Shown: one piece after another, positions 44,922 through 55,663 of the stretch | Numbering within the stretch: the stretch's first letter is position 1 | Layout of the letters: each line of letters starts with the position of its first letter | DNA from: Oopsacas minuta | Lineage: Eukaryota; Animalia; Porifera | NCBI GenBank assembly: GCA_024704765.1 | Contig: JAKMXF010000354.1 | Location: forward strand, 481,690-545,689 | Length of the DNA: 64,000 nt | Reading direction: 5' to 3' | Notes under the pieces: generated by a model | Databases searched by the model: none | What the model was told of the DNA's origin: nothing | What the model saw: only the letters and a program-made list of their open reading frames with translations | Position numbers and translations under genes: made by a program

Positions 44922-45334
44922 AAGTACAAGCTACCTGATCACAAGTGATTGCTATCAGTGAGGAGTGTTTCAAATGCCTGAAGCATTATTCAATCCCTCC
45001 CTCGTCGGATCAAAACAGGATGGTAACCATGTTGCTATTAACAAATCAATCCTGAAGAGTGACAAGGACATTCAACACTATTTATGTAATAATATTGTGT
45101 TAGAAGGAGGTAATACTATGTTCCCTGGAATAGAGGAGAGATTGTACACTGAGTTATCTACACTCACTCCTAATATAAAATCTATCAAGATAATAGCACC
45201 GCATAACAGGAAATACAGTGCATAGATTGGAGGCTCTATGTTAGCTTCATCAAAGGCTATTGAGAAGATGTACATTACAAAACAAATGTTATGATCAATA
45301 TGGCCCAAAAATTATTCTTAGAAAATGTATATAA
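44922..45334 (+). pseudogene. Actin-like 3' pseudogene fragment
   Basis: KYKLPD, PEALFNPS, NIVLEGGNTMFPGIEERL, IKIIAP..RKYSA*IGGS and RKC. The conserved Trp is replaced by TAG at 45223-45225, there are frameshifts, and the 5' two-thirds are absent. Confidence 0.8.
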
Positions 45335-45571
45335 TTTGATGAAATCATTTTACTATTACTGTCTTGTAAGTCACAGAATTTGTTGTTAAACATTTGGTTG
45401 AAATGTATCAGAATTATAGGATTTGACAAAGAACTGTCATACAATAAATATATGAGTATTTATTCTAGAATTAATTAACTCCATCTACAGCAATAAAATC
45501 AAACTACTATTTACCATGTAATAACGGAAAAGTGATTAGAAAGTTGCTTAGTTTAAATTGTAACCATTCAG

Positions 45572-47446
45572 TCATAAATTTTGTTTGATGTTTTCTAACT
45601 TGTGTTTAAGTTGTGTGTATAGTTGTGGGTCTGTGTGATACACAGCTGCCATTCTCCTCTCCAATGCTAGAGTAGGATGTTGTATTAACTCTTGTTTATG
45701 TGAGTTTACAGTCTGTAATACTTCCTTCATTTTACGTTCAAACTCTTGTAAGCGTTCCTCTAAGTAATGTCTACCCTCTGGTCCATTTACTAATTGTCCT
45801 GCTTGTTCCTCGAACTCTTTTATAGTTTCCGTAGCTTGCTTTAATTTGTGCTCTGTATTCAAGACTAATGCTAAATTTGATTTCTTTATACAATCACTAC
45901 GTTGTTCTGCTACTCTCATCTTAATTTGGAGATTACTGATCGCTTCTCTTAAAACTTCATAAGTAGGAAATCTACCAGATTTCACTTTATAAAGTATCAT
46001 GCTATAACAGAATAATCATGAACTTGCCTTGATTTATTCTCTAGTCCCATAAGTTTATAGAGACGGTTAAGTGAGCGGTCAGAAGATGGGATAATGAGGC
46101 GTGGCGCATCCTCGGTAAATCCTATATCGCTCTCTCTCGCTTCTCTAGAATATTCTTCCAACAGACGTGATGTTTCACTAGTCTCATCAAACATTGATTT
46201 CACAGATTGTATACACTGATGCAATTCCTCCATTTTCTTATTCTCCACCTCATAAATATATGAGACCAACAAATACATACTACTCTGATATTTCACATAT
46301 TCCATGAACCTTTCCTGTCGATTTATTACTTCCTTTTGCTGAGCTATTCTATGTTTCATCTCTCCTTCTAATATTTCACCTATTTCACTCATAGCTATCT
46401 CTTCCACCTGTCTGGGTATATCTTTACACTCTTCTTTGAATTTATCCTCTGCTTGTAAGATCTCATCATGTGTTGATACAGTTAGAATTCTTATTGCCTT
46501 TTCATCTCCTTCCTTTTTAAGTTTTTCAGCTTTATCTTTGAACTCTGTCAAACATTCACTCTGAGATTTCATTTTATTCAATTCTAGTTCTAATCTCATT
46601 ACCTTCATTAATCCCAGAGACTTCATAGATTGTGCCTACCAGTGCATAATAATAATAATAATAATAATATAATATCTGGTATAGCAAATGAATAACCTGT
46701 AGTATTTTAGGATCTAAGTTAACCTCGTGTCTCGGTCTTCCTCCACTCAAACGTACTGCTGCTTCTTCAGGTGACATCTCTCTCATTTCTTTCAAATCCA
46801 TTGAGAAAGCTTTTTTACAGAAATTATTTAGCTCATTTGTGTACTCATTCTGAGCTTCAAAGAAAGAGTCCATGGAGACTTGGCAGAAGAATAGAGGCGG
46901 AGATTTAGTCTCAGGATCTAGTCGTTCATTGAGCTGTTTCACTAGTTCCAAGAGAGATGAGGCCATCTGATTGAAATTTTCAACCTGAACTGCTAATACT
47001 GCCATTGCTTTATTCGTTCTATCTATAGCGTGTTCCTTCTGTAACTCCAGGTTAGCTTTCTCAGCTTTCATCTCTATAACTTGTTTCTCTAGACATTTCT
47101 TAATATTGAGCAGATAAGCTCTACGTTTGTTAGCACGAACTATTTTCTCTTGTTGTTCTCTCTTCTCTTCCTCTGTCTCAGGTGGAGGCAGGTAGGAGTG
47201 GTGTAGGATCCGATCCAAGTCCTCTTTAGTGGGAATGGGCTCAGGAAGATGAGCTAGTAGGGGTATGTCCCCCCGCTTCACAAGGAGAGGGAAGTGAGAA
47301 CATAGAGTGTTTAGAAACTGTATGCATCCTGCTGGCATACAAGGATCTTCATCACAACACTCTGCTAAACGCTCTGCTATACTCATCAGCTCAGATTGAT
47401 CTGGAGACAATGTTTCACGGAGAGATTCCAATACTTTTCTGTCCAT
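45572..47446 (-). CDS. HAUS3: HAUS augmin-like complex subunit 3, exons 46697-47446, 46028-46635 and 45572-46001 (or 45572-45971)
   Basis: FFCQVSMDSFFEAQNEYTNELNNFCKKAF, SDRSLNRLYKLMGLEN and LALERRMAAVYHTDP match recalled HAUS3 segments. A 61-nt GT-AG intron and an AG|GCAAGT GC donor join the three ORF fragments in frame. Confidence 0.75.
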
Positions 47447-47534
47447 TTGGAATCTTAAAATAGATGCAATTATCCTTGATTAAAAGATGTTTGTTTCTTA
47501 AAGAGTAACCAAAATATGCATATAGTATATATGG

Positions 47535-47669
47535 TAGATTCCGGATTTAAGAACCCCTAGGGAGTAGCAATACATGTTCTTATAACCGGCAAAATATACA
47601 AGAATATATGAGCTGACGAACCGTTTACCAGAGGATGTTGCTTATATCCGATAACCGCCATCCACTGTA
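47535..47669. repeat. MITE-like relic ending in CACTGTA
   Basis: CCGGATTTAAGAAC..GTTCTTATAACCGG inverted motifs and a terminal CCACTGTA, similar to the relic at 39465-39526. Confidence 0.4.
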
Positions 47670-47798
47670 TATTTATTACAATTTCGGAATATAGCCCAAA
47701 AAAAGGCTATTAACCCCGCATATAATACAATATGTATATTTAATATTGACATTATTGAAGTGAAATGCATTGTAAATAATCTATAAATTCAAGTTACA

Positions 47799-49568
47799 TT
47801 ATATTGTATTAAACTCGTGTAGTAGAGTTCTCTTGTAAGGCTGTACTGGAATGTCTGTATATTGTTCATCAGTTCTAACAGTTTTAGTACTAACAACCTT
47901 ATTCTTGTATTCTAGCATTAATTCTTTCCATTGGTATATACCAGGGTATTTATCTCTGTCAATATCTATTTCTTCCCCCAAAGCATCAATAGCTCTGTAG
48001 TCAGACTTACAAGGCAAGTCTCCGCATAGAAATTTCTGTTGTGAGCTAATTGATAAATTTTGTAATTCATCTTCTAAGGTAGATTCCTTGCTTTTGGTTG
48101 TAATAAATCGTTTCTGTATATATTCTTCTAGTAATTGCTTACCGTTATCATCAGTTAAATCACAATACTCGCCAAGGAAATCCCAATACTCCCTCCAGCC
48201 TACGTTGAAGTTCTTAGCCAGCTGTCTGCCATCATACTCCAATCCTTTCTCGGGATCTAGACGTCTGTCTCGTGAGGATTTGTAGAGTGGACTCTTCATA
48301 CCGGGAGGACTTTTCCAATCTTTGTAGAACTTATTCGCTTTCTCTTGATTGAGAGGTCCTGCCCATGCTCGACACAGGAGCTGCTCCTTGATAGGAGTTC
48401 CATCTCTCTCTTCAGTATCCATGGAAACCATTTTATCAGAGTGTCTGTGTACTGGTTTTCCTAGAATTGGTGGAGTGGCATTATCTGGAGATCTGTAGAC
48501 AGGAACAAAGTAGTTCTCTGAAAATAGATTTTGTATCTGTCGTTTACGTTCAGGATATTTACGGCTACAAATAACTTCAAAGGGTATCTGCCCTTCTTTG
48601 TTAGGTTTTGCTATTTCAATAAATGATTGTGTTATGAGAGCAGCTGTAACTCTAACCGATCCGAACTTACAAGCAAAATGTAATGGAGTTTCTCCCAATA
48701 GAGCATCACCTGTATTGACATAGCTGGACAGACAGTTTGTACGTCTGGAGCTACGTATAGACAGCTGATCTTTGGGATAGAGTAGCTCCCATAATTGTTC
48801 ATTGTTCAAATGCTTTAGAATTATTTTAGCAGCAATAGCATTATCACTGAGTGCTGCTATATGCAAAGCATTATAATGACACCTTATCTGTAGAATAGTA
48901 GGGACATCACTAGAGGTTACTAAGAGTTTGGGATTAGAAGCGATCAGCTGTTCTAACCTATCTGAATCTGTTCTCTCTATAGCTAGTTTGATTTGATTAA
49001 GATCTTGCTGTTTAGGTGTCTTGTAATCAGATGGATCTGCGTCTGGAGCGGGCTTGCTTGATGAGCTGGAGAAACGCTGTAGACTAAATTCAAGAGCTTC
49101 CTCCTTATTTTTACAAACCTTGAATCGTACATCTTTGTAACGACTGTGTATAGACGTTAGTTCTGACTTTGATTCACAGAAGTACTGTTCAGATAAAGGA
49201 GGCTCAATATCTTCAACTGCAGATAAGTTTATGCCGTAGAGTATTGACTTTGTAGGAAATTGTTTGTCAACTTTTGGTTGTTCAGTGTCTTTGGAAATTG
49301 TAAGAGAATCAAGTTCATACGTCTTTATAAGTTTGTTTATCATAATTGAACGAGTAAAATCATTGATTGGGATTTCTATATTTACTCCACGGTTTACTAA
49401 TCTCTGTTTCAACTCTTCATTTGATATTTCTGCAAAGTTAGGGAGACTATCTGTATCTGTAGTAGTAGCAGTTACTTTCTTATCTGGTGGAATATCCATA
49501 AACTTTTGATGTAACCTGTTAGAGTCTAAGGCTTTGAAGTACAGCATAAAAGTATGACAATCGATCAT
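47799..49568 (-). CDS. ANKLE2: Ankyrin repeat and LEM domain-containing protein 2
   Basis: LEM domain (ISNEELKQRL..IPINDFTRSIMINKL), RFKVCKNKEEALEF, ankyrin repeats (NALHIAA, GETPLHFACKFG), YFVPVYRS, EKGLEYDGRQLA and WREYWDFL. Confidence 0.92.
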   Translation of the reverse strand: MIDCHTFMLYFKALDSNRLHQKFMDIPPDKKVTATTTDTDSLPNFAEISNEELKQRLVNRGVNIEIPINDFTRSIMINKLIKTYELDSLTISKDTEQPKVDKQFPTKSILYGINLSAVEDIEPPLSEQYFCESKSELTSIHSRYKDVRFKVCKNKEEALEFSLQRFSSSSSKPAPDADPSDYKTPKQQDLNQIKLAIERTDSDRLEQLIASNPKLLVTSSDVPTILQIRCHYNALHIAALSDNAIAAKIILKHLNNEQLWELLYPKDQLSIRSSRRTNCLSSYVNTGDALLGETPLHFACKFGSVRVTAALITQSFIEIAKPNKEGQIPFEVICSRKYPERKRQIQNLFSENYFVPVYRSPDNATPPILGKPVHRHSDKMVSMDTEERDGTPIKEQLLCRAWAGPLNQEKANKFYKDWKSPPGMKSPLYKSSRDRRLDPEKGLEYDGRQLAKNFNVGWREYWDFLGEYCDLTDDNGKQLLEEYIQKRFITTKSKESTLEDELQNLSISSQQKFLCGDLPCKSDYRAIDALGEEIDIDRDKYPGIYQWKELMLEYKNKVVSTKTVRTDEQYTDIPVQPYKRTLLHEFNTI

Positions 49569-49832
49569 CTTTCAAAGGGAATTAAGTAAATGATATCGCC
49601 ATATAAAATTTGGATTTCGAAATTGTTTAAATTAGTATAATTTTATTCCCCATTATTCTCACACTTATGACTCATCATATTTTACGAATAACCCAAGATT
49701 TAGAATAATTTCCACTTCCAAATGACTACAAGGATATTACCTAATAATAAATTACCAAACTAAACTATGCTATACAACAACAATATTTATCAAATAATCA
49801 TAAAGAGCTCTTTTAGATTATATAAAAGATAA

Positions 49833-50414
49833 TCAACTCTTAACATTTGTGTATAGCTTGAAGATAAACATACCAAATATATCAATTCCCAGATTGCCTT
49901 TAGAATCAAACAATTCAGCAATAGAACAAGATTTAGATTCACATTTTACAAATTTCGTCATAGCGTTCTGATAGGTAATAGTAACAGTGTAATTATGATC
50001 AAACCTCTTGAGTACTGTAGCAATCTTTACAGTGGAGTTAGTAATGAATCCAGCTTGATCTCGCTCAGTACCAGAGTACACATAACTCTTCTCAAATAAT
50101 AATGAGAAGATAGAGAGGGCAAGCATCAGTAGTGCATAACCAACAACACAAATTATAAGAACTGTAAATGATTTAGGATAACCTGTGAAATAATCGTATG
50201 TAAAAGCTACCACAGCTAACAGCACTGCCATTGCTGACATTATTATCTTAGCATCAGTCAGCTGATTCCTTTCCTGGAAGTTTAAACCCTTATTGAATAT
50301 CTTCTTTATTACGTCATCAAGTCCATGTTTCACACCTGTCGTATCCCATTTATCAAGTTTGATCGGTTTATCAATAAGGTTTTGGAAAAAATCAGAATTA
50401 CGAGATCGAGACAT
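49833..50414 (-). CDS. SPCS2: Signal peptidase complex subunit 2
   Basis: KPIKLDKWDTTGVKHGLDD, two TM helices, KRFDHNY and FDSKG. Likely ATG at 50414. Confidence 0.9.
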   Translation of the reverse strand: MSRSRNSDFFQNLIDKPIKLDKWDTTGVKHGLDDVIKKIFNKGLNFQERNQLTDAKIIMSAMAVLLAVVAFTYDYFTGYPKSFTVLIICVVGYALLMLALSIFSLLFEKSYVYSGTERDQAGFITNSTVKIATVLKRFDHNYTVTITYQNAMTKFVKCESKSCSIAELFDSKGNLGIDIFGMFIFKLYTNVKS

Positions 50415-51659
50415 GAATAACTCTAACGAGAGACTGGTTCTTATTTTCAAGAACAAAAGAAATTCTAGCTTAGCAATAATTATTTGAATAATGGGTTTTG
50501 TCGGGGAAAAATACGTATTTCGAGCCACTACTTGCTTCGGATTATTTACAAAACCTTCTTAAACATTGCTTAGTATCGTCATAGAAAGTGGTGTTACCTA
50601 ATTTTTGTGTGCGATTATCCCAAGGGCTACCAAATTAAAATATCTTCTCCTCCAATAAATTAAATAAAGCTATATCATTCTAACAATTCCCATTTTTAGT
50701 TTATGCTGAGCTAATGGTAGGACACTATGGCTCTAGTAGCAGCTATCCACGTGTGTCGCTTAAGAGAGTATGGCACAATTGGAGCAACATTCCTAAACAA
50801 ATTAGTAGAAAACTATTATTTCGTTTTGGACTGATAGAAGTTCAGGAATAATAATAGCCACGTATCCGTGTTAAAATTGTAATACGTATAGTTATGTGAT
50901 ATAATAATATTATATTTGCGTATTGAACCTTACTGCTAGTCACTTCGTCTCTAGAATACAAGTAGAATGAATAGCAACCTTCCACCACTCCAAGATAACA
51001 TAAGTGAATTTGCTTACTGCCAAATGGCTCTTTATCTTGTTAGATTTATGGCTCCACACTGGTACATATTTATATGTATTTCAGGAATAATTATTTATTA
51101 GATCTTATCATCAGGCCATTAAAAATTTATTCTACACAGAAATAAACAAATAATGTTTCGGACCACATTTTGTTTCAATGTAGATTAGTCAATTATCTAT
51201 ATTCCCTGATTTTTGAAATAAAATATCCAAATATGTAGAAATAGTATAGTACCGTATTTCCATGAATAATCGAGAGGAATACGCATCAATTGACTGCAAC
51301 AAATTAGGATTAGTTTCCAAAAATTATTTGTCTTTTCAAATTGTAAAAAATTATACGAAAAAATGGAAAGAATATGCGCCCATGCGGTTATTCAGGTAAA
51401 AAGAATATTAGTTTAATGATTAAGATTAGTTGAAAAACGTAAGATAAACTACAGCGAGAAATGAGAATTGAAGAAAAAAAGCAATAAAAATTGCATAAAA
51501 TATTTAGATGATAAATTCTGCGTTGAATGATTTGACTAATAAGTTGGGCCTTACAGCCAATAGAAATAAATCAAATTAGAATTGAAAGCAGCGCTTTAAG
51601 AGAGCAAGTATACTAATGTCCCGCTACAAATCTCGATATAAATTCTTCAAGTGCTAGTA

Positions 51660-53325
51660 CTATGACTGAGAGGATGGAATGATCTTATTATGCACCCTGG
51701 ATATGTGAGTAGTGAGCACGTACTTCCGGTAGAAAGATTTGAAACAGTAGTGGCATTGGAAGGGCCGCTCACCGCTATGCACTATTAAGTGACGTTTGAG
51801 TCCAGTATTAGACTTGTAAGACCTCTCACAGATGGAGCAATGGAATTTACGTTCTGACAGATCGGTGGTAGTGTTCTTGCTGTTGAGTGTAGGTTGGCTT
51901 GCTGTAGCGAAGTAAGTGGGAGGAGAGCTTGCTGAGTTGGAGGCATCTGTCTGTTGGATGTGAGAAGTAGGGAGAATGGAGTATACTTGAGGTCTATCTG
52001 GTAGACTTTGTACTGAATTAGACGAGGGATCTATTAGAGAGTTAGGGAGACTCAGGAAGGCCTGAGTATTAGGGCGAGGGTGAGGCTTGAATACACCTCG
52101 ACATGATTTACACTGGAAATGGTTTTTATTAGGTGTATGTGGATGCATGTACTCACTAGTCAGGGATAGGTTAGAGAAATTATTCTTGAGTGGAGGAGTG
52201 AAGGGAGAACTGTGTGGAGAGTTCCCTTCTCCAACTACATGCACACTCATAGGGGAATTGAGTGTAGTAGTAGGTGTGTTATTGGGTGTACTATGCTGAC
52301 TATTTGTAGTGAGAGCTATTGAACTCTGTAACGTGAAGTTGATTGGAAGATTAGGAATAGAAGTGTTGAGAACTGGAGAACTCATTGGTAGTATATTCGA
52401 ACTGTTTGTACTAGATGTTACATTTAATAAACTGTCTTGACCTAAGAAGGTAAATGGTGGACTGGTAGGTAGAGTATGAGAAGAGTTGATTACATGTGAG
52501 TTATTGTCTGATTTCACAATATTATTCGAGTTTAGGATAGTAGGGCTATTTGTCTTTGTGGGAACGGCTCGGTTGCTACAAGGAAGGTCAGTCAAATGAG
52601 AATCTTCATCATCTGATGGAAAATATTTGTTTGGGGGACTATGAAATGCTTCTGGGTGTATACTCACTTGATATACGTTTGCTAGAAAAGAAATTTTGTT
52701 ATTTTCTGTAGCTAAACCTGAACAGAATAATTGTGAGCAATATTTTCAGAATTGCAGTTATTATGCAAGTAAAGTATCGAACAAAAACTTTATAAGAATA
52801 ATATACGCCTAGTATTCATAAAGTTTGTAAAATAGAATTACAACATTATTAGCAATTTATATCCGGGAAAATATTAAATTTTCATTTCAATTTGCCAAAC
52901 TTATTGAATACAGTAACTTCTGTATATTTGTTTGTTACGTAAATAATACGTATATGTACGTTGTGAATGATAAAATGTGAATAAAAGTGGAATTACAACT
53001 TGTGCAGAAAGCATTTGCCTTAAATAATATTGCATGTAGTAAAATCCAGCAGATTCGTAAATTCACAGAATTGAGACTCACCTGTATCAGAAACTACTTC
53101 TCCATCTCCACATATTTCATCTGAGTCTTCTGAAGATCTGAATATAGAATTCACCCTCACGGTTTCATACAAGACCCTGTCCTCCTTTGATTGTAAGTGC
53201 ATGTAATATTCAACTGCAAAGTCCACATAGTTGGAGGGCCGTGCTTTCAATGCAGATACCACGAACTCCTGCACCATATCGTGTAATATTAGCGGAATTT
53301 CCATCACAAATTTCTTGGTGGCCAT
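51660..53325 (-). CDS. RII-type dimerization/docking domain + C2H2 zinc-finger protein (gene A), exons 53082-53325 and 51660-52717, 433 aa
   Basis: Exon 1 encodes IPLILHDMVQEFVVSALKARPSNYVDFAVEYY and ends G|GTGAGT (phase 1). The TTCAG acceptor at 52718 (alternative at 52682) joins in frame to an S/T/P-rich ORF ending in two C2H2 fingers with an HSGERPF linker. Confidence 0.75.
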
Positions 53326-55663
53326 TTATAAATCAGACTTCACAAGAATCAACTTGGTCTACTGCAACATGAAATATGTACTAGGTGGAGAATATGAACA
53401 CAGTATTAGAAAGACTCCTATATATGCCCAGTTTATGGATTGTATGCATAAATGGCGGCAATATGAGAGTAGCTGAGGTTAGGAGGAATGGCGTAATCGA
53501 AACTGTTAGTGTCTCAAATAAGCTGCAGAAGCTTGTGCTAGTGCCTTTGAAGTAAAATGGTAGAATTGTGTAATTATAATTGATTCTGTTGTCATGAGAA
53601 TGTATGTTTGTACCATCAAAATATGCTGGTATACTAAAAAGTAAGGATTCACCCGCAAATACGCTCTCACAAGTGCTAATGAGAAGTTATGAAAATGCAA
53701 TAGTTGGTTATATTTTGACACGCTGACTTGGGTGGTCGCGCGCGTGTCGTTTCGAAAGTGGAAAGTAATGGAGAAAAGCTTCTACTGACAATTAATGAAT
53801 TCTTTTCTTTCTCCATTTGCTGTTTTTCATTTAGGAATCAATCTGACTGGCATAGAAGAATCCCGCTTTAGGTTAATGCCAGACGATTCTGAATTTCTGT
53901 ATATTCAAGGAAAGAAAGCTGCAACATTGTGTTACCTGGAATGTGGAATCAATCCTGATACTTTGATTTATTGAAATAATGTAGTTCATTCCATATTGCT
54001 AAAATTAGAAAATCTAAAGCCATTTAAGAAAAGAGAAATTTTTACTAAAAAGTGTTGTAGGCGAAATTGCACTAGTATTTCGTGAATTACGTCAAAACAA
54101 CCAAAGCATCAACACGCAATCACTTACATGTTCTAGAAAGTAAACAAACTATTTATAAATCATATCAAATATGTCATGTCGCAATCAATAACTAGAGTGA
54201 TTGCTGCCCAAATTTCATTTATTAACAATTAAGTAATAATGTCTGAGAATTACTGTCACATAGTTAGCATGATATTACTAAGATGAACATGATAAAAAAA
54301 TTAAATATTTATATGCTGTCAGTGTCAAAGTGTGTATTTGTATAATCTATTGAAGTAATTAGGAGAATGTTTCTCAACATCTCACGAGCTATTCCTACAA
54401 TTATAGTTATTGGGAGCCCTCGTTCATCATCTAAGGTAATTAAACGAAAGATGAAGTGTCATTTTACATGGTATCTGTCAAGTATGAATGAACACAGGCA
54501 GCTTTGAGCAAAGCGCGAATAATGGTTAGAGGTGAATATTGAAACTTGTCTATTAACTTATCGATATTGTTATGCTATCTTTGACCACGAATGTTCACGT
54601 TGGGATCAAATTGTTCCTGATCTTTAACAAAATCATGTGACCACAATAAGTTGCATAATCACAGGCGTAGTTGAAAATCCCCCTAACTATAAGACCCATA
54701 TATCGTTGTAAAGTAATGTCGGAAATTTCGAATCACATGAGTAATCTCAATGATATTTCTAATGATAGGATTTTTCCATCATCATTAGGGCGATAACAAA
54801 CTTAAAGACAACTCTACATGTGTCGGCGGGCGGCATTTCACTAGCATCAGCTCATTATTTAAAATTATCATATACGTAATCAAAATTTCTTGATTCATGG
54901 CAAATATAATACACGGAAAGTCAAATTTGATTTGATGCCGTACATGACAGTTTAAACAGTAACGACGAAATATAACTCATCTCTATATGTATTTTTCTTT
55001 CAATATTATATATTTCATGTGTGGCTGCATAAAAATAAGATAACGGTGGACAATACAATATGCCACAACTAGTAAGTAGACAACAACAGCAGTATTTTAT
55101 ACTTTGATCAGAAAACTAAAATTTAGTTCAGAAATCGTCGTAGAATTTTATCAGAAAAAGGAATAATTAATAAAGGTTTCGATATCCCTAATCCAAATTA
55201 TACTTTGAGTTGAATTTTGATCAGAAAACGCTACATATAGGGGCTGGTTTCAGCTAATCCATAGAAATTCAACAACTCCGAAATATCTTGAGACACTATT
55301 GCAATAAGTAAGGGATAGGGATATTCCTTTCCAATCTCCATATCTAATTTCGATACTTCTGATCAGAGTTCTAATTTTCTGATTCCTCCGCGAAGCAGGT
55401 ACATCCCGGTATCGAGTTGAGAAGCGACCAAGCAAGCTTATTTTGCTTGTTCAGATACCAATTAATAAGACAACGAAACAATTAATAATATCCGAAATAT
55501 TCGATATAATCAATTCAAAAATACCAAGCTAAGCTATTGCATCATTCTCCAGTTTAGCTAAATCATATTTTCAGATCAACTTCAGAATGTATGATTCGGA
55601 TTTGAGGCCTTCAACTAACTCTAATCTTTCTTCTACATATTTTTCGAAAAGTGATTTTGGTTC

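Noticed and set aside
46647-46670. Poly-Tyr tract at the end of ORF 46574-47446
   Set aside because: It is an (ATA)n microsatellite inside the 61-nt HAUS3 intron, not coding.
53020-53325. Truncated PKA regulatory subunit pseudogene
   Set aside because: No cAMP-binding exons follow; a strong donor splices in frame to the zinc-finger ORF, so it is better read as exon 1 of gene A.
53330-55620. Third D/D-zinc-finger copy or other gene between genes A and B
   Set aside because: Only short ORFs with no D/D, C2H2 or other recognisable motif were found.
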